Of a stretch of 64,000 nt of DNA, positions 53,201 to 64,000 are shown piece after piece. Origin of the DNA: Azolla caroliniana (taxonomy: Eukaryota; Plantae; Polypodiophyta); NCBI GenBank assembly GCA_043228905.1, contig JBHGNT010000002.1, positions 1,798,001-1,862,000 of the forward strand. The letters are read 5' to 3'. The number at the start of each line of letters is the position of its first letter. Positions within the stretch are counted from its first letter, which is position 1. The notes beneath the pieces were generated by a model that worked only from the letters and a program-made list of their open reading frames with translations, searched no databases and was not told the origin of the DNA. The translations under genes and the position numbers were made by a program.

Positions 53201-56200
53201 GAAAAATTTCTAGTCTCACTGAATTTGAAGGATGAGAACAAACTGAAATAAAAAATATTAAACGTTTCACCTAAAAGAGAGAAAAAGAAAAAACAAGTCA
53301 TATTTACATCAACAGATTGCCTTAAGATATATGGAACCAATCGTTGATACGTCAGATCGATACAATCCACATTGGAGAGTGTACTCGAGTGTATGTGAAC
53401 ATTAGGAAAACACAAAAACGAAGATTCTGAACATTATTAACAATAGTTTTGATGCAGCGGGAGAATTATATTATTCATTTATGCCTATCAAAACCAAGTT
53501 TTCAGAAATTTATGTAGTCTTGACAGTGCATGCTAACGTTGTCATAAAATTTTAAAACTGAGTACAATGCTCATTACAATTAATGGAAATGTTTCCATTG
53601 GTAGTTAGCTTCAGTCCTTTCTTTTTACATGTAAAGAAGAAAGGACCGTGTAAAAAGAAAGGACTAAGTTTGGACCAGAACCTTTTCAAATCCAAGTGCT
53701 ATTAAAAGTGGTGCAGAGACAATGATGCAAAGCTGGTTTTTCTGATGATTCAATTACGAGAATATTCCTTTTATTTCTCTACTTTAGATCGAGAGCTGGT
53801 GCATTATATAGCACTCCATATTGAATGATAAATCGAAAAGGCTAGACACCTTGAAAGAGCTTCTAAAATAGCTCTAGTTTACATTATTCTTTAAAAAGGC
53901 GCGTGCATCATATAACTTACTCCTCATCCTGAACATCTTGAGATGCAAGATTAAGCTTGTCAACTTTTGTGTAATTTGTCACTTTTTGAAGCCCCCTTTC
54001 TATTGTGTCCATAGTTGAACTAATCCAGTCTGTGGACCTTCCCTGAGTCATTCCTAGAGAACAAAATATTCTACATAAATGTATTTGCTCTTATGTGAAT
54101 ATATTCTTTTCAACCAGAATTTATATAGAAAATTTTCTTACCTGATGTGTATTTAGGATTTTGAGAGAGAATAGTTCTCATGGCGTCTGAGTTTGCAAAG
54201 TCGATAGGCCTTTGTCTCCTGAAAACAGATAGTGTTTTCAGATGCATATAAAAATGAAATTGCAGAAAATTAATTAATGACGGACCATAAATTATGATGA
54301 TGATAACCTTAAGTTCAGGGCCTGTGGATTTGATCCAAACTGAAGCAGGAGCTTTGCACATTCAATGTGGTTATTTTTCACAGCTAAAAACAGTGGAGTT
54401 TCCCTCGTTTCAGCTGCAATGTGAGCTGTATCTGGTTCTTGTGCTAATAGTAGCTGTAACTCAATCCATTATACCAGTTCGAACATTTTTGGTACTGATC
54501 AATAGTAGTAAACTATATGTAATGGACACAGTTTCTTATGCTAAGGTTCGATTATTGATTTGAAGGACGAAAGTTGATAGTGGAACAAACCTGCAAAGGT
54601 TGAAGATGGCCATGTCCTGCAGCTATATGGACGGGAGTTAAACCTAACCTGTTTCTTGCATTTACAGATGATCCATGTCTGATGAGCTGCCAGACAATCC
54701 TAACAGGGAAATATGTAGCTTCTAGCAATTAGTATAAAATTAGGAGGCAATGCAAAAGATACATTAGATAGGCTCAGTTATTAGACATATTAAAAATAAG
54801 TTTGGCACAATAATCATTACAATATTACCCCGATACTTTTGTCGCATTAATATTTGCGCGAAGGCACAAATGCAAAGCTGTATTACCATCAGAATCCATC
54901 GCATTGATACAAGTCGCATCATTTAAAAGAATCCTAACAATCATTTCATCTCCTGCCTAAAATTCAAATATACATTAAAACAAATTCTACTTTCATAAAT
55001 GAGAATACTGATCCATACGACTCTATGAAAATTGATGTTAACATTTTGAAAGTTGTGTACACATTAAAACTTGTCAAAAATAACTGGGACTATACTATTG
55101 CTTTGAGCATATTTACACATAAAATACTAACAGACCTGTGCTGCTCGTAAGATTGGTGGAACATTTTTCCAACTAGTTAACTCTGGCGTTTGATGTGCAG
55201 AGGAGCCTTCAATATCTTTCTTCAATAAGACGGTGATTTCTAAGTTCTTTAGAATTAAGGATCTTTGTTCCTCTTCATCTTTATACATGGATGGAATATT
55301 GGTGTTGCTCGTGTTCTCCTTGTTGCTGGAATTCAGAAGCTTATCAACGATCATACCAATAAAATTGTCATATCTGTTTCCTTCGCTCAAAAGGGCTTTC
55401 CCAGAAGCAAGTAGAAACGCTGTTAATGCAATGGAATCCTGTCCATCAATTGCGAGCTGGCAAGCTAAATTCAATGTATCCTTTGTGTGGCTCGCCAGAA
55501 GATTTACAGATTTCAGATCCTGTGATCATAAACGAGTGGAAAGAAAGTGTGCATGAATTCTCCCGTGAAGTTCATGAAATCAATATATAACCAGTAAAAT
55601 TCTATCTAACAGAGCATGTAATGAAACGGCCGTTCCAATAATCACCTGATTTTTCAATGTGCTTATAATTTCTTTGGCCGGAAGTTTCTGCCACTCCTTC
55701 TGCCATCTGATATATCGAAGGAATTTGTATGCGTTTATCACGGCATACATTGAGATGTGTAAGCCCTCAAAAACACACCAAGCAGTGTCAAATTTTCTAG
55801 GATGAGTTTAAGATAATATCGATAAATGTACATGCAATTGATTACTTCAATGTAATCGGCTTTCTTTTATTATCTGCTTGGGTAAATTTTGTGAGAAAAA
55901 GTTGAACTTCTTTCTAGAAACTAATGGAAGTCTCTAGTTGCTCAAAAATCTAAGTACAAAGGCACAAGCTCTAACATATTCTGGTCCTTTAATTCGAAAA
56001 ATGCAAATTCTCTAAAAAGTATATCAAAGGCGAGATCTGTGAAAATAGTTAACTCGAAACTTTTCGAGATCTACGAATTATTTTCCAGCCAGAATGTTAT
56101 ACAAATTAACAGACATTACAAAACGCTGATATGAAAATATGCATAATTTATTTGAAGGAATAAATATAAACATTGTGACGTACCGTTTGTTATGCAAAGC

Positions 56201-57187
56201 TGCCTCCAGGGGGGTGTAATAGAAACCATTATCTGCTGAATATGTGGTGCGTAAGTCTGTTTTTGCATGTTTACGGAGTAACAAGTCTATGCATCGCAGT
56301 GAAAGCTTTTCCGCAGCATGGTGGAGCGCACTTCTACCATGTTCATCAACTGCGTTTATAACAGACGAACTAGAGCTACTTATACTAGACAGTCCGCTAA
56401 ATGTTATCTGTCCTTCAATTAAAGCTTTAGCACAGGCCACAGAATCCAAACTACATGCTAAATGTAGCAATCTATGTGGAAACCAGAAATCAATTATACA
56501 ATTAACGCTTCTTTCCTGAGAATACTGAGATTGAACGATCTTCTTGTTGTCTATTTCATGATCCAATTCTTCATCTGGAATTTTGACCATATCTCGAAGA
56601 GCATTGATTAATCCATCCACATTGTCATCACATATTAGACCGACCAGAACGCTTTCTAAATCGATTCTTCTGTTGTACTCCATGAAGCTGGAGTCAGGAC
56701 GTCGATCGTCCAAACTCATTTCATTAGTAGTGACATTTTCACCGATAGGTTGAGCATCCTGGTTTGAAATCGTCTCTATCTGGGAAACTGTACTAATGTT
56801 TTGTGACACATGAGAATCATCCTGTCTACAAGCTAAAACTTGCATATTCACAGGTCCGTCTGAATTAAGCTTCGTTTCGAGCTCGGATGGATTTACATAA
56901 TGGACGAGGCAATCCTTTGCAGGGGTGGAGGTGTAATACGAATGGACGCTTGCTTGATCCGGAAAGCTCAAATCTACATGCTCAGTTCTTATATTGCTGC
57001 AAGAATCAGACAAGACATTAACTTTATGGCCGGTATTATTCTCCGCCAGTGCCTCAGATGTAGTTGAAGTACTGAAGACTGTTTCCCGTTCATTAACGAG
57101 AATCTGGAATTCTGAACTAGATCTTGAAGTCCTAGTCTCATCCAACTGAACACCTGGTCGAAAATTATCTGCACATATAGACTCCAT
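50256..57187 (-). CDS. Ankyrin-repeat + CCCH zinc finger + RRM + OST-HTH/LOTUS domain protein, 14 coding exons, ~1444 aa
   Basis: In-phase exons 57187-56184, 55706-55646, 55519-55136, 54956-54829, 54699-54591, 54453-54308, 54218-54142, 54053-53921, 53012-52871, 52789-52720, 52637-52462, 52363-50570, 50498-50416 and 50283-50256. ANK: GRSALHHAA, GNTALHLC, GLTPVHIAA, ETPLFLAV. CCCH: KTVLCRYHALPGGCSRGDACLYAH. RRM: KIFVGGLP and RGFGFVTF. LOTUS: YPLSSVKADFRATCGMELDHAALGYPKLSDFLRTMP. Probable 5' UTR intron at ~57288-57909. Confidence 0.88.
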
Positions 57188-59748
57188 CGCCCTGATGCTT
57201 CTTCTTCCCCCAATTACAAAGGTTTCCAGCTAGCTACCTCAGGCACTTTGATACATAGAAGCTAAAAGAAAACCTCTCCATATTTCTGCGAGGAAACAAA
57301 GATTAATGTAGTAAGACCTTAATCTATTCTAGCGGGAGAAAACTAGCTTTCTGCGAGAAAAAATTTATGCATTTTTTGGAAATCTAATTTTAACAAAGAT
57401 TAGCAACGGCCTAGATTGATCGATAATGAAAATCTGATCATTGAATGACTGCTATTTTATAAATTATAAGAGCCGTAGAAGGCCATTTTAAGTTATCTGA
57501 TGATCTCCAGGAGAACACTTGTTGCATTATTTGTGGAAATATTTAATCTGAATATTATATTGATTTATTATATTAGAAACAACTATTTATTTACGAAGAG
57601 TTATTTATATATATTGTATCTGGAATATGTAATACGCACACAAGAATACCTTATGGATTAATTACATAAGCATCTGCCATTATTCCATATAATCTGTAAA
57701 AGTTTCATTCGATATCATCAGCAACACGTTGTTAATAAATATGTAGTAACATCCTTCCCGTTCGGAATTATCATCTACAACAAAACGTGTGTGATCAAGC
57801 AGATGACAAGATTTTGATTCTTCATATTACTTTGGATCAATGTTAGATGTGCACATGAGGAGGCCATATCCCGACAATGAGAAATCTTAACACGGACGTT
57901 GAGGTTTACCTGTTGGAACACAAAACGTGGAAGAAGAAGCGGAGCAAGCAAGAAGAATTAAGGCGATGATGATAAATAAGGGGGGAGGCGAAGATGAATA
58001 AGAATTGGCAGGAAGCAGCAAGAGCTAAGACGATGAAGATGATGATGAAGAAGAAGCAGCAAGAAGAACTTCGGTGATGATGATGATGGAGAATTAGCAG
58101 GAATCAAGAATGAAAGCGACCAATATAAGGCGAGGTAAGAATATGCAGAGTTTATTTCAGGTGTAAATATACTTGTGTTTGTATAACACAATTATACAGA
58201 CATACATACATAGACACACACACACATATATATATACAATATATATCTGTGAGTGTGTGTTTTACAGGGAAAAGAAGAAGACGGCTGATTGGCTGATCGC
58301 TCTGGCTAATAATAAGTTTTCGCTATCCATCGCGCATGTGCGTGTGCGTTTTTTTAAAATGTAAATTTATTCTCTTGCCTTTTCTGTCTTTATTGTCCAT
58401 TTATATGTTCGATGGTCCTTCGTTGATTCTGCCCTTCTTAGCTCGCCATTAATCAATCCATAGAAAAGGGACACGTATACTTCATTTCTTTCGCTACCTG
58501 TGGTCATTGTTCTTGGAACACACTAGTTCCTACCTATCATATGTTCAATGCTTTCTACACAAGGACTTGTCATTTATAGTACAAAACTGGGTGGTTGCGT
58601 AATTTCTTCTTTTCATTCGATGCACACTTATAGAGAATATTGGATTGAATCGATCACTAGGTTTTGGGAAAAAAGTTTACAACATTTTCCATCACATCTT
58701 GCCATATTAAAAATAAAAGCTCATAATAAGAAAGGTGTCCTTGCTTATCCAATACTAAGTGGGATGGTTATTTGGGGGAAGATAAAGTGGCACAAGTTCA
58801 TCAAATGTTTGAAACATATTGTGTGCCCCATATTGTGACACCCTATTTGAACCAAACATCAAAACACAAAAAGATATGATAAATAGTTCCGAATATGTTT
58901 GTATGATATTTATGTGTACAATGTATGTAACTTCACACATATTAGTGTTGTGGTCTATGCTATACATGCATTAATTTTTTGGATACAAATAAATAAACGT
59001 GCCGATCACATCTGACATGTATATATAGCGAATATACTTTATTAATCTGAATATTTGTCTGGACAATAAGGAACTCAAAATTCAGCAATTTTCTGGATGG
59101 TAAAACAAATCTCTCGTACACCTTTCTCACACAAAAGTAGCTTTCGTGACAAAAACAAGAAAATTTTCATTCCATGTTTAGATTCATATTTTAAGAGGTG
59201 CTACTAATGTGAAAAAATCACTGAAATTCCACCATACTGCGTGTAGGGGGGGGCGTAGGATTCATTGGGTTCGATTCAAGTAAAGAGAGATTTTGAGCAC
59301 ATTAAGATAAGGAGCTTCACTACCCGCTGTATAATTTCTTAGAATAACATGTAATGATTAAAAACGCAAAGAGATTTAGAGTGAAGGTGGGAACACAGAC
59401 TAAATTGAATTTACATGATGGCAATTCTAAATTCTAAGTTTAGAATCAGACAGCTAATTATAGTTTTAAAAAACAATATAGAATGAACTCAGGAGTACCA
59501 AAACCCAATTGGGCTTAATAGGCTGTTTCTTGCTTATGTGGAAAAATCAGACAGCTAATAATAGTTTTAAAAAACAATATTAAATGAACTCAGGAGAACC
59601 AAAACCCAATTGGGCTTAATAGGCTGTTTCTTGCTTATAATTATGATATAAATTGAATCAGGAAGACCAAATGACGATCTAACCCGCCTTTATCGCCTAT
59701 TTCTTATTTCGATCTATTCAATATTTCTTGCTTTTGGATTTTAGATCT

Positions 59749-62069
59749 TCAGGCAGCCTTCTTTTCTATATCGGATTTTGCTCTCTCTATAAGGTTGCAA
59801 GCATCCTGAACAGTGACAATGGATTCTGCACCACTCTCATCAACACTAATCTTGAACTCCTCTTCTAAGGCCATCACAATCTCCACCTGTTAAAATATAT
59901 GCTCTCTTATTATGTTTTCTTTGACAAATTTTCTTTGACAAACCAGTGAACATATCTGATCCACGAGTACATGTCAAAAACAAATTATCAAGTTTTCATA
60001 AAGCCAAAGAAATGAATGTTAAACATAAAGCAATTCTTTGTTCTCAGGCTGATAAAATTTATAAGTCTGTATACAGAGAAAGTGATCATAGCTGAGCGTG
60101 AATCTTTTTAATTCTTTGTTCTCAGGCTCATAAAATTTATAAGTCTGTATACAGAGAACGTGATCATAGCTAGTGTAAATCTTTTTATGTTTTACAATGC
60201 AAAATGCAAAGCTTTTCATAAAGAAAGAGAAATTATGTTGCAAATCAATCCAATGAAAATTGTGATGAGTGTGAATCTTTTTATGTTTTACAAGGCAAAA
60301 TGCAGTGCTTTTCAATGTTGCAAATCAATCCAAGGAAAATTGCGAAATTTTCATCTTTTGAAGATGAAACTAATATTTTTTGTAGTTTGACGCATTGAGG
60401 CAAAATCCATTGCAAAGCAACAGAATTCACTCGTTAAAAAAAAGCGAAATTTTTCATGTTCTAATAAATATTGTTTACCTGATCCAATGAATCTGCTCCC
60501 AGATCCTGGAATTTTGAATGTGGATGAACAGAGCCTTTCTCTGATGCCAGTTGTCTGGTTACAATATCAATCACTTTATCAACAGTTTCCTGTTTAGCTA
60601 CCTGAATCAGTGTAAGCAAAAAAACAATAAGGTTCAGAAATAAAGATAACTGGAAAAAAGTCTGTACAAGAGTGAAAAAAAATTGTTTCTGCTACACTCG
60701 TAGATAATGAGCAAGAATACATTAAATAACTTAGTGCATTATCTAATTAAGGTAGATGATAGATCTACATTAATTTAAAGGGCATAAAGTTTTGTTCGGT
60801 GAACATTAATGTAGAGTGCTTTTATGGTTACCATTACGTCAGATCTACACTCACGTAGAGTGCATTTGTCTTATGTAAACTTGTACTATGCCAACCCCTG
60901 TACACTAAATTTATCTTAGGCAGATTATCATCAATATTCCATTAAATGCATACTTGAATTTGCTTTGCTGTATATGAATAACACAATTCCATCAAATCAG
61001 CATCAGAATATTCATATAATTATTTTTATTTTCACATAATATAGGTGATGTACAAAGATCTTATTAAAGTGGTCTACTAAAAAGACAAAACTGTTAAAGA
61101 TAATATGCATCCAAAATCCATAGTAATAACGGACAGCAATTCACTTACCTTATCTAAATCGAAGCACTCAATAAGATACAGATGAAATTTTTATGACCTT
61201 TTGACACATAAATTGCCTCAGGTTTATATATGTGCTCTATGAGAATATATAAATAAACCTATGGTAAGCATAGTAGTAACATCCGAAAATATTGAAGGAT
61301 AATCCTCTGTGACTTACTAGATACAGTAGAAAATATCAGACAGAATAATGAGCAAAATTACTTCAAAACCTGTGCTCTTATCAAAGTGTGTTACAAGAAC
61401 ACACTGATGAAACTGCAAACATAGCTGTAACATCCGACAATATTGAAGAATAGTGCTCATTTTTCTCTGACTTTTTATCAAATGTGACTTTACTAGATAC
61501 AGTAGAAAAACATATTTCATAAAATCAGAAACAATTTCAAGAAAAAGTTACTTATTTACCGGTTCTATCAAGTACATTGCTATATACGATATGAAACTGC
61601 TAGTAATTAAACATAATGGATTAATATAAGTCAAAATTCCGATCAAATTGTTCATTAAGCTGACCTCTATCACGGTATGTTACTAAAGAAAAACTGTTTT
61701 ACTATATCCAAACAGAAATCATCGTTATCTGAGAAATACCAAAGAAAATATCTGCTAAATATGTGGTTTATTAAGTGTTACCAAATATACATTAAATTAG
61801 ACTACTAATAAAACTAAATCTTACACTGCACGAAACCCTCAGACGTCTGGTTGGAAATTTTCCTGATCTGAAGCTCACATTAAAACCCGCAAATCTACTA
61901 GAAGCAATCTGCAATAAAAAGAAAGAACGAAAGAAGAAGAGAAATTCAAATAAACTGCTGGAAAAACGGAAAAAGATTTAAAGGGAACAATAGATTTGTT
62001 TACCTTCGAAGAAGAAGAAGGCGAAGGGAACAAGGAAACCGAAGAATGCATGGAAGTGGAAGAGGCCAT
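59749..62069 (-). CDS. ACP: Plastid acyl carrier protein, 4 exons, 136 aa, with a Ser-rich transit peptide
   Basis: Exons 62069-62004, 61908-61825, 60601-60479 and 59886-59749. AKQETVDKV...[24 protein letters not shown] contains the phosphopantetheine-attachment DSL motif; the transit peptide ends RLRVSC. Confidence 0.95.
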
Positions 62070-62078
62070 GGCTAACTC

Positions 62079-62082
<4 letters not shown>

Positions 62083-62157
<75 letters not shown>

Positions 62158-62158
62158 G
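62083..62158. repeat. Compound (GT)n(GA)n microsatellite ~14 bp upstream of the ACP ATG
   Basis: Read directly from the sequence. Confidence 0.95.
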
Positions 62159-64000
62159 GTTGTACTGTGTCTCATTCTATTCTGTAATATATACGAGAAC
62201 TATTCACATTATGTATGCGTCCACACTTGCATTGCATTATGGCCCCCACATTTTGTGTTGCAACTTGCATGCGTTATTTACTACCTAGTACCACCCACCA
62301 CACACACACAAACACTTTTGGATTGGAAGCCCAAAACCGTTATATATATACATATATGTATGTATGTATGTATGTATTCTCGGTGTGCTCTCTCATTCGG
62401 CGAGCTGAAAACATCGCGTCAAAAATGGGTCGAACCGAAAACAATACAGTCTCGGTCGGCCTTCCACCACACCCCCCTGTGTGTGAGCCTTGGCGCTTGG
62501 AGAGCCTTAACACTTTCCAAACTCGCAAACTCGCTCACACAAGTTACGTGTTTAGGTAGCATCATGGTACCATCAATTTTGAAGATACCATATGCAAGGC
62601 CATGCATGGAAACCTAGTAGAGAGTGAATATTGCTTACTTCTTGCATGCTCGACATATATGGTATTTCACGAGATGCATCATAGTTGTTACAAAACACAT
62701 GTTTTATGTTTAGAATACTTTTTCTTTTGTTCCTAAACACATTTTTTAATACTTTGGAAAGTATTATTCACACATAAGGATAATACAACAAGCTTAATGG
62801 TTGTTATTCATATGATCCCATTAATAAATATATGTCTTAATTTGACCATCCTGATGAATGTTAATGTGTGGCAAAACAATGTCAATGTATAGCTATCCTC
62901 TCTCTCAAGTACAAACATGCATCAAATATGTAACCCCTAAACTTTTAAACTCCATCCCACAATAATGCATGTCACTTCTAGTCTCAATAATGGTTCACAT
63001 GCATATAATCTCATCTTCCATGGGATGATATCCCCTTGCACCAAACTTGCATAATGCCCTTGGCGTCACTGTATCGATAATAATGTTTTTGCATGGTCAC
63101 CCATAAATCAATCTACAAACATCTTAGTACGACACCTATGTTGGTTTATTTCATTTATTCACGTTAATATTATGTATGATGCATGAACAATAATTTTCCA
63201 CATGAAATGTATATTTTTAACAAGGTACTCTTCCAAAGCATTATTGATTTCTCGAACAAAACATAAACATGGTTTTTCCATTGAGAGATAGCATTAGCAT
63301 CCATCCCATTTATATTTTTTGTTGTATCAACTTATGGAAAATGAATTTGTAAAGCTACTTTGCTTTGGAGGTAAAACCATTGAAGCAACCTTAACTTCTA
63401 CCCTATTTACATTTGCAAGGGTTAAAATTATAGCAAATGCAGAGTGAAAATGCAAATTATAGAAATGTCTAAGATGAACAACACAAAAAAGAACTTTCTC
63501 TAAAGCTTTACTCCAACACACTATGGGGTCACTCATTATAAGGTTGCATGTTTGTCCTAGGCACAATATTCTTGCTCCTCCTAATATTGTCCAACAAAAA
63601 CTTTATTATGGTGATGGATTGTGTATAGGTGTTTTCTATTAATCTTTCCTCTCTAAACTATTGTAGCTAGCACTTGTGCTAATAGGTCATCCTCACTAGG
63701 AAGTTTTGTTTCCAGGGCATGAAGCTTGATGCTTTGTATTCCACTGGTGTCAAGTAGTTACCTTTGTAGATGGGGAACCTACAGGCTCAAGACACTCTAA
63801 TGTATCGAATGCTTTGATTGTTGAACGATGTCTTTGATCCCAATTCCAATGATTGTGTTTTGCTTCAATCATATTGGGGATGCTAATTATTTTCTCTTGG
63901 TCGACTCTACTAATCTATTGGCATAATACAATGTAGATTGCTCTTTTGTGGATGATTATATGTTCTTAGCAATGTGGTTAGCGAATAAAAAAAAAGTGTG

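Noticed and set aside
62900-64000. Possible decayed transposase region at the window end
   Set aside because: No recognisable motif and truncated by the window edge.

Overview
AT-rich (roughly 35-40% GC by eye), intron-containing nuclear DNA from a land plant. The TTLL9-like tubulin polyglutamylase (typical of lineages with flagellated sperm), long TE-filled introns and plastid-type ACP suggest a fern or other seed-free plant; this is inference. Genes reconstructed by hand from GT-AG exon chains: the 3' end of a UAA-family nucleotide-sugar transporter (+), SKP1 (-), AP-5 subunit beta (+), a CMP-sialic acid transporter-like protein (-), TTLL9-like (+), a small orphan ORF (+), a ~1444-aa ankyrin-CCCH-RRM-LOTUS/OST-HTH protein (-) and plastid ACP (-). 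Introns and intergenic DNA carry Copia fragments, a LINE 3' end, hAT-type elements (one with a perfect 8-bp TSD) and many local tandem duplications. The most unusual items are: (1) a plastid rps12 exon-2 fragment amplified into a nested array that keeps a 241-aa repeat ORF open; (2) a 243-bp TGT...ACA foldback element with 60-bp TIRs and a 5-bp TSD; (3) the ANK-CCCH-RRM-LOTUS gene with a triplicated ~80-aa C-terminal repeat; (4) decayed copies of a TTLL9 exon in its own introns; (5) a 77-bp near-perfect hairpin. All family assignments come from remembered motifs; no database search was run.
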